Shown here: piece by piece, positions 10,977-19,969 of the stretch
How positions within the stretch are numbered: position 1 is the first letter of the stretch
How the letters are laid out: every line of letters starts with the position of its first letter
DNA from: an uncultured bacterium
Lineage (GTDB): Bacteria; Bacillota_I; Bacilli_A; Acholeplasmatales; Anaeroplasmataceae
Direction: 5' to 3'
Length of the DNA: 64,000 nt
Assembly (NCBI GenBank): GCA_949293265.1
Contig: CASFCK010000003.1
Location: 9,264-73,263, forward strand
Notes under the pieces: generated by a model
Databases searched by the model: none
What the model saw: the letters and a program-made list of their open reading frames with translations, nothing else
Told to the model about the DNA's origin: nothing
Position numbers and translations under genes: made by a program

Positions 10977-11546
10977 ATGGCTGGATTAATAGTTGGAATA
11001 ATTTTAGGCGCAATAGTTTTATTATTTATTATTGGCGTAATAATTTGGTATATAAATACTAAAAACAAAATTATTAAATTAGAACAAGATATTTTACAAG
11101 CAAATAGTAGAATTGATGTTTATCTAACTAAAAGATTTGATGATTTAAACAAAATGGTTGATACAATAAAAGGTTATACAAAACACGAAGTTCAAACATT
11201 AACCGAAATCGTTAAATTAAGAAGCAATTATCATGCTGATATGTCAATGCAAGAAAAATCACAAATTTCTAATGAATTAAGTAAGGCAACTAAGAATTTA
11301 AGTTTAGAAATTGAAAATTATCCTGATTTAAAAGCCGATAAATTATTTATTAATCTTCAAAATGAAATAAAAGATATTGAAGATAATCTTCAAGCCGCAA
11401 GATCTAATTACAATTCTAATGTTGCAAAATATAATAAGACGATTAAAACTTTTCCTAATAGCCTTATTACTAGTGGTAAATACCAAGAAAAAGAATATTT
11501 TTTAGCAGAAGATATAAAAAGAGAAGATGTAAATATAAAATTTTAA
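10977..11546 (+). CDS. lemA: LemA family membrane protein (copy 1)
   Basis: N-terminal TM followed by the typical LemA helical region (ENYPDLKADKLF..LQAARSNYNSNVAKYNKTIKTFP). Confidence 0.85.
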   Translation: MAGLIVGIILGAIVLLFIIGVIIWYINTKNKIIKLEQDILQANSRIDVYLTKRFDDLNKMVDTIKGYTKHEVQTLTEIVKLRSNYHADMSMQEKSQISNELSKATKNLSLEIENYPDLKADKLFINLQNEIKDIEDNLQAARSNYNSNVAKYNKTIKTFPNSLITSGKYQEKEYFLAEDIKREDVNIKF

Positions 11547-11581
11547 ACAATTTTGTCTACCATTATATAGAGGTAGATAAA

Positions 11582-11938
11582 ATGTATTGTAAATCTTGTA
11601 ATAAATTTTTTAATCCTAGAAGAGTATTTCATGAATTATTAACAAAAAGGACTATTTATTTATGTCAAGATTGTCTTAAACAAATAATAATTAAATTAGA
11701 TACGGAGATAATTCCTCTTGATAATGGGTTAAATTTAAAAGTGTTACATATTTATGACAATTTAAATTTAGCCCTTATTGATTATTTGGTGAAAGAATAT
11801 AGTAAGATAGTAAATAAATTTTTAAAAAAGAAAATTTTCTTTATTTTAGAAGACAAATTCAATATGCAAAAAATAAACATTTATAATGTAATAGCTAAAC
11901 TTGAACAAAGTGATCTCTTAATAATTTCTTTTATTTAA
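11582..11938 (+). CDS. Small Zn-ribbon protein, possible ComFC-like remnant lacking the phosphoribosyltransferase domain
   Basis: CKSC..17 aa..CQDC at the N-terminus. Its position immediately upstream of hpf-secA-prfB matches comF-...-hpf-secA-prfB in B. subtilis. Only 118 aa. Confidence 0.4.
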   Translation: MYCKSCNKFFNPRRVFHELLTKRTIYLCQDCLKQIIIKLDTEIIPLDNGLNLKVLHIYDNLNLALIDYLVKEYSKIVNKFLKKKIFFILEDKFNMQKINIYNVIAKLEQSDLLIISFI

Positions 11939-11943
11939 AAAGC

Positions 11944-11972
11944 TTGTCATGAAAGCGTTTTAATGCTATAAT
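11944..11972 (+). promoter_or_regulatory. Sigma-A type promoter for hpf: TTGTCA-17 nt-TATAAT with extended -10 TGc
   Basis: TTGTCA 11944-11949, TG 11964-11965, TATAAT 11967-11972. Confidence 0.6.
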
Positions 11973-12060
11973 ATGGCTAGAAGATAAAAGCTATTTTTAT
12001 CTTTCGGGTGTAGCCTAGTTTAATAACTAAATATAAACTACACTCTGAAAGGACAATATT

Positions 12061-12588
12061 ATGTTAAAAGTTGAAGTTGTTGGTAAAAACGGTTTTGAGC
12101 CATCTAATTCTAATCGCGATTATGCTCAAAAAAAGCTACAAAAATTAGAAAATCAATTTAAAAATGAAGATGTAGTAGCTAGAGTAGTATGCAAGGTATA
12201 TCCTACATACCATAAGGTTGAAATTACATTACCAACTAAGAGTGCAATTTTGCGTTCTGAGGCTAAAGAAAAAGATATTTATGCAGCGATTGATATTTCA
12301 ATAGATAAGTTGCAAGGCCAAATTAGAAAATATAAAACAAAACGTGATCGTACAAATAAAGAAGCAATCAAAGATGTTGAACAAGCTTGGGTCAATGTAA
12401 AAGAACCTAAATTAGTCAAGAGTAAAGATATAGAATTAGAACCAATGTCTAAAGAAGAAGCAATCGATCAAATGGAATTACTAGGTCATGATTTCTTCGT
12501 ATATTTAGATAGTAGTACGCATAAAACAAATGTAATCTATTTACGTGATGATGGAGATTATGCAATTATAGAAACTAAAACTAAATAG
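12061..12588 (+). CDS. hpf: Ribosome hibernation promoting factor, long form
   Basis: S30AE/sigma-54-modulation fold N-terminus plus the C-terminal dimerisation domain (PMSKEEAIDQMELLGHDFFVYLD). hpf-secA-prfB synteny. Confidence 0.9.
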   Translation: MLKVEVVGKNGFEPSNSNRDYAQKKLQKLENQFKNEDVVARVVCKVYPTYHKVEITLPTKSAILRSEAKEKDIYAAIDISIDKLQGQIRKYKTKRDRTNKEAIKDVEQAWVNVKEPKLVKSKDIELEPMSKEEAIDQMELLGHDFFVYLDSSTHKTNVIYLRDDGDYAIIETKTK

Positions 12589-12593
12589 TAAGG

Positions 12594-12622
12594 CGCCACT
12601 TAAAAGTGGCGTTATTTTTTTT
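12594..12622 (+). terminator. Rho-independent terminator after hpf
   Basis: CGCCACT-TAAA-AGTGGCG hairpin followed by TTATTTTTTTT. Confidence 0.85.
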
Positions 12623-12782
12623 ATCACTTATATTTAAAAAAATATTGTCATTTGTATGCTAATAATATCTATACTATTAATATACGCTTAATAAATAATT
12701 GAATGTTTTTCTTTCTTCTTTAAAAATTGTTTTAAATAGTGTATAATTTTTATGTTGTAAATCTAGAAAGGAGTTTAAACTT

Positions 12783-15311
12783 ATGGGTTTAAAGAAATTA
12801 TTTGATTCAGGTCATAAAGAATTAAAAAGATGTCAAAAAATAGTTCCACATATTCTCGCATTAGAACCACAAATGCAAGAACTAAGTGATGAAGATTTAA
12901 AAAATAAAACAAACGAGTTTAAAGAACGCTACCAAAACGGTGAAACTTTAAATGATTTATTAATAGAGGCTTATGCTGTAGTAAGAGAAGCGGCATATCG
13001 GGTAACAGGACTTAAAGCTTATCCTGTTCAATTAGCAGGTGCTATAGCTATTCATGGCGGTAATATTGCCGAAATGAAAACAGGTGAAGGTAAAACTTTA
13101 ACAGCTGTTTTCCCAGCTTATTTAAATGCTTTAACAGGTGATGGTGTTCATATTGTTACAGTCAATGAATATTTAGCTCAAAGAGAAACAACTGGTGAAA
13201 TAGGGGATATATATCGCTTTTTAGGTTTAACTGTAGGCCTAAATTTGCGTGATTATTCGCGTGAAGAAAAAAAAGAAGCTTATAATTGCGATATTTTATA
13301 TTCAACTAATAGTGAATTAGGTTTTGATTATTTAAGAGACCATATGGTGCAATTTAAATCACAAATGGTTCAAAGAGAGTTAAATTATGCGATTATTGAT
13401 GAGGTAGATTCAATCTTAATTGATGAGGCAAGAACACCTTTGATCATATCAGGTGGAGCTACTGATAAATCTATGGCATATATACAAGCCGATACATTTG
13501 CAAAGAGATTAAAAGAAGAGGATTATGAACTTGATGTTGAGTCAAGAACGATAGTTTTAACAGATAGTGGTATTGCGAAAGCAGAAAGATTCTTTGGTAT
13601 TGATAACTTATATGATATTAAATATGTTAAATTAGTTCATCATATCAACAATGCTTTAAAAGCTAATTATATTTTCCATAATGGTGTAGAATATGTAGTT
13701 CAAGATGGAGAAGTTTTAATTGTTGATTCATTTACAGGTCGTATTTTAAAAGGTAGACAATATAGCGAAGGCCTTCATCAAGCTATTGAAGCTAAGGAAA
13801 ATGTTGAAATTAAAAAAGAAACAACTACAGTTGCTACTATCACTTATCAAAATTATTTTAGAATGTACAAAAAATTATCAGGTATGACAGGTACAGCTAA
13901 AACAGAAGAAGAGGAATTTAGAGATATATATAATATGTATGTAGTTGAAGTTCCGACTAATAGACCGGTTATACGTATTGATAAACCAGATTTATTATTC
14001 TTAAATAAAAAAGCTAAGTTTGCCGCTTTAATTGAAGATATTAAAGCACGTCATGAAAAAGGTCAACCTATTTTAGTAGGTACAGCTGATGTTGAAACGA
14101 GTGAATTAGTTAGTAACATGCTAACAAAACTAGGGCTAAAACACGAAGTTTTAAATGCTAAAAATAATGCTAGAGAGGCGGAAATTGTTGCTTTAGCCGG
14201 TCAAATTGGACAAATTACAATTTCTACAAATATGGCCGGACGTGGTACTGATATTAAACTTGGCGAAGGTGTAAAAGAACTTGGCGGTTTAGCGGTTTTA
14301 GGTACTGAACGTCATGAATCAAGAAGAATTGATAACCAATTACGTGGTAGATCAGGTCGTCAAGGAGACCCTGGTTTTTCTCAATTCTTTATTAGTGCTG
14401 AAGATGATTTACTTGTTAGATTTGGTGGCGATAGCTTTAAAACTAGATTAGCTTGGGTTATCCGTTTAAATGGAGATGGTGATGAATCTAAACCGCTTGA
14501 ATCTAAAATGTTTACTAAAGTAGTCACTCAAGCTCAAGAAAGAATTGAAGGTAACAACTATGATGCTCGTAAAAATGTCTTACGTTATGATGATGTTATT
14601 AGAAGACAAAGAGAAATATTTTATAAACAAAGAACGGAAGTTATTTCTGAAGAATCAGTTGAACCATTAGCTAAAAACTTGATTTTTGAAGGTATTAATT
14701 TAGTTATTGATGAACATATTAAAGAAGTTGGTAATAATAAATACGAAATTGATGATGCTGCTATAACTAATACATTTAATCAAGAATATTTTGGCCCAAA
14801 TAGAGTAGATTTAGAATTGATTAAGCAAAAAGATGAGACTGAAATTGCCGATTATTTAAATGAAATAGCTTTAAAAATCCTTGATGAAAAAAGAGAAACA
14901 TGTCCGCCAGAAGTATTTGAAGAAGTATTAAAAACAATAATTTTACGTATTTTAGATAGTAATTGGACGCATCATATTGATGATATGGATGGACTTAGAC
15001 AAGGAATTTCCTTCCAATCATATGGTCAACAAAATCCATTACAATTATATCAAAGTGAAGGTTTCAAAAAATTTGAAACTATGATGAATAAAATTAAAGT
15101 TGAAGTTTTAAAATATTTAATGCGTGTTCAAATTAGACAAAATATTAAGCGTGATGAAGAAGCAACAAATAATTTGGCTACTAATGCTCCTGATAATGCT
15201 TTAAAAGCTAAACCAAAGGTAAAAGAAGAAAATAAAAAAATCGGCCGTAACGATCCATGTCCTTGTGGAAGTGGCAAAAAATATAAAAATTGTTGTGGCT
15301 TAAAAAAGTAG
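12783..15311 (+). CDS. secA: Preprotein translocase ATPase SecA
   Basis: MKTGEGKT, DEVDSILIDEARTPLIISG and the C-terminal Zn motif CPCGSGKKYKNCCG. AAAGGAG SD. Confidence 0.97.
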   Translation: MGLKKLFDSGHKELKRCQKIVPHILALEPQMQELSDEDLKNKTNEFKERYQNGETLNDLLIEAYAVVREAAYRVTGLKAYPVQLAGAIAIHGGNIAEMKTGEGKTLTAVFPAYLNALTGDGVHIVTVNEYLAQRETTGEIGDIYRFLGLTVGLNLRDYSREEKKEAYNCDILYSTNSELGFDYLRDHMVQFKSQMVQRELNYAIIDEVDSILIDEARTPLIISGGATDKSMAYIQADTFAKRLKEEDYELDVESRTIVLTDSGIAKAERFFGIDNLYDIKYVKLVHHINNALKANYIFHNGVEYVVQDGEVLIVDSFTGRILKGRQYSEGLHQAIEAKENVEIKKETTTVATITYQNYFRMYKKLSGMTGTAKTEEEEFRDIYNMYVVEVPTNRPVIRIDKPDLLFLNKKAKFAALIEDIKARHEKGQPILVGTADVETSELVSNMLTKLGLKHEVLNAKNNAREAEIVALAGQIGQITISTNMAGRGTDIKLGEGVKELGGLAVLGTERHESRRIDNQLRGRSGRQGDPGFSQFFISAEDDLLVRFGGDSFKTRLAWVIRLNGDGDESKPLESKMFTKVVTQAQERIEGNNYDARKNVLRYDDVIRRQREIFYKQRTEVISEESVEPLAKNLIFEGINLVIDEHIKEVGNNKYEIDDAAITNTFNQEYFGPNRVDLELIKQKDETEIADYLNEIALKILDEKRETCPPEVFEEVLKTIILRILDSNWTHHIDDMDGLRQGISFQSYGQQNPLQLYQSEGFKKFETMMNKIKVEVLKYLMRVQIRQNIKRDEEATNNLATNAPDNALKAKPKVKEENKKIGRNDPCPCGSGKKYKNCCGLKK

Positions 15312-15320
15312 TTGGTAAAT

Positions 15321-16427
15321 ATGGATCGCTATGAAATTAATAAATATATTCAAACATTTAAACAAAAAATAACCGATCTATATGAAGCTCTAAATATTAA
15401 GTCTAAAGAGGTCAAACTGGCCTCTTTAGATGCTTTAATAAGTAGTCCTGATTTTTGGTCAGACCAAAAAAAATCGAATACTATAATCGCAGAAGCTAAT
15501 GATATAAGAGAAGATGTTTCTTTATATAACGATTTAGCTAAAAGCTATATGGATCTAGAAGAGTTTATTTCAATAAGTCAAAATGATGAAGAACTACAAG
15601 CTTTATTAGATGAAGAAATATTAAATTTTAATAAAAAAATAGCTAATGCTGAAGAAAAGGCTTTATTAAGTTCAAAATACGACAATTTAAATGCTATTGT
15701 TGAATTGCATCCTGGAGCGGGTGGAACAGAATCGATGGATTGGGCGAGCATGCTTTATAGAATGTATCAAAGATTTTGTCAAAAACAAGGCTTAAAATTA
15801 GAAGTTTTAGACTATTTAGCTGGTGAAGAAGCAGGTATTAAATCAATTACATTTTTAGTTAAGGGTAAATATGCTTATGGTTTAATGAAAAGTGAAAGAG
15901 GTGTTCATCGTTTAGTCCGCATTTCACCTTTTGATAGTGGAGCTAGAAGACATACATCATTTTGTTCATGTGATGTAGCCCCAGAAATATTAGATAATGC
16001 AACAATTCAAATTAAAGATGAAGAAGTAAGAATAGATGTTTATCATTCAAGTGGGGCAGGTGGTCAATCAGTAAATACGACTGATTCAGCTGTAAGAATT
16101 ACACATTTACCAACAGGAATTGTAGTAACCTGTCAAAATGAAAGAAGTCAAATTAAAAATAAGGAAGTTGCCTTTAAAATATTAAGAGCTAAATTATTAG
16201 AAAGACAAATAGAAGCTCAAAAAAAGGAGATTTCTAACTTAAAAGGCGAACAAATGGAAATAAATTTTGGTTCGCAAATTAGGTCATATGTATTTTGTCC
16301 TTATACATTAGTTAAAGATCATCGAACTAATTATGAAACTAATAATGTTCAAGCTGTAATGGATGGTGATATTATTAATTTTATGCTTAGCTATCTAAAA
16401 TATGAAAGGGGAAATACTAGTGAATAA
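15321..16427 (+). CDS. prfB: Peptide chain release factor 2, encoded in one frame without a programmed frameshift
   Basis: SPF motif (RISPFDS) and GGQ motif (SGAGGQSVN). The track start 15312 is a TTG abutting the secA stop, so ATG 15321 is more likely. Confidence 0.93.
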   Translation: MDRYEINKYIQTFKQKITDLYEALNIKSKEVKLASLDALISSPDFWSDQKKSNTIIAEANDIREDVSLYNDLAKSYMDLEEFISISQNDEELQALLDEEILNFNKKIANAEEKALLSSKYDNLNAIVELHPGAGGTESMDWASMLYRMYQRFCQKQGLKLEVLDYLAGEEAGIKSITFLVKGKYAYGLMKSERGVHRLVRISPFDSGARRHTSFCSCDVAPEILDNATIQIKDEEVRIDVYHSSGAGGQSVNTTDSAVRITHLPTGIVVTCQNERSQIKNKEVAFKILRAKLLERQIEAQKKEISNLKGEQMEINFGSQIRSYVFCPYTLVKDHRTNYETNNVQAVMDGDIINFMLSYLKYERGNTSE

Positions 16428-17322
16428 AATTGATTATAAACTTAAAGCTAAACAATTTATGTTCATAGCTTTAGGTGTATTAATAATGGATGTTGGTTAT
16501 TATTTCTTCTACAGTCCTGCTAATTTAGTAGCAGGTGGAGTAACAGGTATATCAATTATTTTAAAACCAGTATTAGATATGATTAATATGCCCCAATCAA
16601 TATTTTTATATATCATTGAAGGTGTTTGTTTAATATTAGGTTTAATATTATTAGGTAAAGATTTCTTTTTTAAAACTGTATTAGCTAGTTTACTAGCTCC
16701 AACATATGTTTTGATCTTCGAACAAATTTGTGCTCAAGAAGTAATTTTAAATACAGTTACTCAAAACAAACTTATAGTTGCATTCTTATGTGGTTCAATT
16801 TTACAAGGTGTAGGCATTGGGATTTGTCTTAAAAACAATGGCTCAACCGGTGGCTTAGATGTCATTCAAAAAAGTATTTCTAAATATTTACATATACCTT
16901 ATAGCTTTGCAATGTTTGGGACAGATTGGATTATCTGTATCTTAAGTGGTTTTAGTTTCGCTGATCCAATTAGTTACAATTTTGAATATACATTATTTGG
17001 TATTATTAGCGTATACTTTGCTGCTTATATAATCGATGTTATAACTTTAAATGCCCGCTCACGTAGAACAGCCTATATTATTACAAGCAAACCTGAAGAA
17101 GTTAAAGAAGCAATATACAAAAATATAGGTCGTGGTTGTACAGAAAGTGATGTCAGAGGTGGCTATACAAATCAAGACAAAGTTATGTTAATTTGTGTTT
17201 TAAATAAAACTGAAAGTTATAAATTAGGTGAATTTATTAAGAGTGTAGATGCTGAAGCATTTACATTCTTTACAACAACTAGAGAGGTTGTAGGTGATTA
17301 TGCCAATAAACCAAAACCTTAA
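16402..17322 (+). CDS. YitT-family membrane protein (DUF2179 C-terminal domain)
   Basis: Five to six TM helices, then a C-terminal soluble domain (RRTAYIITSKPEEVKEAI..GCTESDVRGGYT). An alternative GTG start at 16420 follows AAGGGGA. Confidence 0.8.
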   Translation: MKGEILVNKIDYKLKAKQFMFIALGVLIMDVGYYFFYSPANLVAGGVTGISIILKPVLDMINMPQSIFLYIIEGVCLILGLILLGKDFFFKTVLASLLAPTYVLIFEQICAQEVILNTVTQNKLIVAFLCGSILQGVGIGICLKNNGSTGGLDVIQKSISKYLHIPYSFAMFGTDWIICILSGFSFADPISYNFEYTLFGIISVYFAAYIIDVITLNARSRRTAYIITSKPEEVKEAIYKNIGRGCTESDVRGGYTNQDKVMLICVLNKTESYKLGEFIKSVDAEAFTFFTTTREVVGDYANKPKP

Positions 17323-17887
17323 AGTTAAAGAATTAAAAGAAGAAAAAAAGAATCTCTATAAAGTAGAAATTAATGAACAATCATACTTATTTGTTACTGA
17401 TACGATTTTAAAATATCGTCTTGTTAAGGGTAAGGAAGTAACAAATATAGATGAAATTATTAATTTTAATAATAAAATTTTGTATCTTAATAAAATAAGA
17501 AATTATGCCTTAAAATATCCAAAGTCAATTTACAATCTTAAGATGTATTTAAAAGAAAAATATGAAGATATTGATAGTGATTATATTGTAAATATTTTAA
17601 TAAATGAAGGCATAATAGATGATAAACGTTATGCCTTAAATAAGTATTGTGCTTTGCAAAGTAAAAATTATGGTCAGACATATATAATAAATTATTTATT
17701 ATATAAAGATCATATTGATAAAGAAATAATTAATAACATTATTGAAAAAGACAATAATGTTATTAATTTAAAACCTTTAATTGCTAAATTACTTATTAAA
17801 TATAAAGGAGATAAGGCCAAGATTATTAATTACTTATTAAGAAAAGGCCATAAATATAACGATATTAAATCCGCTTTAGAAGACTAG
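17300..17887 (+). CDS. recX: RecX-like regulatory protein
   Basis: Repeated three-helix modules with IINYLLYKDHID and IINYLLRKGHKYNDIKSAL. Confidence 0.7.
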   Translation: MPINQNLKVKELKEEKKNLYKVEINEQSYLFVTDTILKYRLVKGKEVTNIDEIINFNNKILYLNKIRNYALKYPKSIYNLKMYLKEKYEDIDSDYIVNILINEGIIDDKRYALNKYCALQSKNYGQTYIINYLLYKDHIDKEIINNIIEKDNNVINLKPLIAKLLIKYKGDKAKIINYLLRKGHKYNDIKSALED

Positions 17888-17900
17888 AGCGGTATTTTTT
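17871..17900 (+). terminator. Rho-independent terminator overlapping the recX stop codon
   Basis: CCGCTTTAG-AAGA-CTAGAGCGG (9 bp, one G-U) followed by TATTTTTT. Confidence 0.75.
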
Positions 17901-17996
17901 ACTATATTATATATATTATGACAAATTTAGTTAAATTACGCTTTCTAATTTAAGTTAATTTTGCTATAATTAAGTAAATGAAATTTGGAGGATAAT

Positions 17997-19883
17997 ATGT
18001 TAATTAAAGAAAAGATTGATAAGGACTTTTTATATTATTTTGATCAAGGAAAAGCAACTAACCTATATGAAGTTATGGGTAGTCATTTAGTAAAGGATGA
18101 CAATGGCAAAAATATAGCTTGTGAATTCGTTGTTTATGCTCCTAACGCAAAAAGTGTTAGTATTATGGGTAGTTGGAATGGTTATGCAAAAGACCAAGAT
18201 TATATGACTAAAATCGATAATTATGGTATTTGGTATTTGAAAATTGACAAAGATTTAGAATTTGCAAAATATAAGTACGTAATCGATACAGGTTATGATT
18301 TATTATTTAAATCAGATCCGTATGCTTTTTGTTCAGGATTAAGACCAAACAAAGATTCAGTTGTCTATGATATTGAAGGTTATAAATGGCATGACCAAGA
18401 TTATATGTATAGTCACCCTAAGACATACGAAAAACCGATGTTGATTTATGAATTACATTTTGGCTCATGGCGTAGATTAGGTCTTGGTGCTGATGAGGTG
18501 TATTCATATAAAGAACTAGCAGATATGCTAATTCCTTATTTATTAGAATATAAATATACTCATGTTGAAGTTATGCCAATTTATGAATACCCACTTGATG
18601 CATCTTGGGGTTATCAAGGGACAGGGTATTATTCAGCTACTAGTCGTTATGGTCTACCTAAAGATTTAATGTATTTTGTTGATTGTTGTCATAAAAACAA
18701 TATTGGGGTTATCTTTGATTGGGTTCCTGGTCATATTTGTAAAGACGCTAATGGTCTTTATATGTTCGATGGCACTCCTTTATATGAATATCCTAATGAA
18801 CAAGATAGAGAAAATTATGAATGGGGAACAGCTAATTTAGACCTTGGTAAAGGAACAACTAGAAGTTTCTTATATTCTAATGCTTTATTTTTTATGAATT
18901 ATTATCATGTTGATGGCTTTAGAGTAGATGCTGTTTCTAATATAATTTATTATTTAGGTAATAAAAACAGAGGCGAAAATCATGGCGCTTGTGATTTCGT
19001 GCGAGGTTTATCTAGAACTATATTTGCTAAAGATGATAGAGTATTATTAATAGCCGAAGATAGTTCTGATTATCCAGGTGTTACTAGACCGAGTGATATG
19101 GGTGGTTTAGGATTTAATTATAAATGGGATATGGGTTGGATGAATGACACATTAAAATACTTTAAATTAGACCCTATTTATCGACAATACCACCATAATT
19201 TAATAACCTTTAGTATGTTATATTTCTATAATGAGCAATTTGTATTACCATTTTCACATGACGAAGTAGTACATATGAAGGGTAGTTTGTTAAATAAGAT
19301 GCCAGGGGATTATTGGCAAAAATTTGCAAACTTCCGTTTATTAATGGGCTATATGATGACCCATCCAGGTAAGAAACTATCATTTATGGGTAATGAATTA
19401 GCCCCATTTAGTGAATGGGCTTTCTGGAAAGAACTCGATTGGAACTTATTAGATTATGATTCACATCGTGGAGCTAATAATTATATAAAAGATTTAAATA
19501 AGCTATATAATAAAGAAAAAGCACTATATGAATTAGATTATAATCCAGATGGTTTTAGATGGATTGAAGCAAATAATGCTAGTCAATCAATATTTATCTA
19601 TATTAGATATGCAAAAGACTTTAAAAACCACTTAGTAGTTATATTAAATTGTACTCCAAACACATATCATTATTATCGTATCGGAGTACCTGGAACTAAT
19701 AATTATAAGGAAGTAATTAATTCAGATGATTTAAAATATTATGGTTCAGGTCAAATTAATCCAAATGAAATAGTAGTTAATAAAGTTCCTTGTCATAATT
19801 TTGACCAATCAATAGAGTTAACTATTCCACCACTTGGAATGACTGTATTAAAAATGAAAAGATCAATGAAAGAAAAAAAATAA
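17997..19883 (+). CDS. glgB: 1,4-alpha-glucan branching enzyme
   Basis: GH13 motifs GFRVDAV, LIAEDSS and FSHDEVVH. GGAGG lies 5 nt upstream of ATG 17997; the track start 17985 is a TTG. Extended -10 TGcTATAAT at 17962-17970. Confidence 0.93.
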   Translation: MLIKEKIDKDFLYYFDQGKATNLYEVMGSHLVKDDNGKNIACEFVVYAPNAKSVSIMGSWNGYAKDQDYMTKIDNYGIWYLKIDKDLEFAKYKYVIDTGYDLLFKSDPYAFCSGLRPNKDSVVYDIEGYKWHDQDYMYSHPKTYEKPMLIYELHFGSWRRLGLGADEVYSYKELADMLIPYLLEYKYTHVEVMPIYEYPLDASWGYQGTGYYSATSRYGLPKDLMYFVDCCHKNNIGVIFDWVPGHICKDANGLYMFDGTPLYEYPNEQDRENYEWGTANLDLGKGTTRSFLYSNALFFMNYYHVDGFRVDAVSNIIYYLGNKNRGENHGACDFVRGLSRTIFAKDDRVLLIAEDSSDYPGVTRPSDMGGLGFNYKWDMGWMNDTLKYFKLDPIYRQYHHNLITFSMLYFYNEQFVLPFSHDEVVHMKGSLLNKMPGDYWQKFANFRLLMGYMMTHPGKKLSFMGNELAPFSEWAFWKELDWNLLDYDSHRGANNYIKDLNKLYNKEKALYELDYNPDGFRWIEANNASQSIFIYIRYAKDFKNHLVVILNCTPNTYHYYRIGVPGTNNYKEVINSDDLKYYGSGQINPNEIVVNKVPCHNFDQSIELTIPPLGMTVLKMKRSMKEKK

Positions 19884-19969
19884 GCACGAAAAACTTTATT
19901 TTATAATTAACTTAGTGTATAATTAGGCGGTTTTTATAAAACCATAAATAATTTAAGGAGTTAAAATTA

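Noticed and set aside
15321-15450. Expected programmed +1 frameshift site near codon 25 of prfB (CUU UGA C with an upstream SD-like element).
   Set aside because: The RF2 frame is continuous (..DLYEALNIKSKEVKL..) with no in-frame UGA and no internal SD-like sequence. Frameshift-less prfB genes are known, so this is unremarkable.
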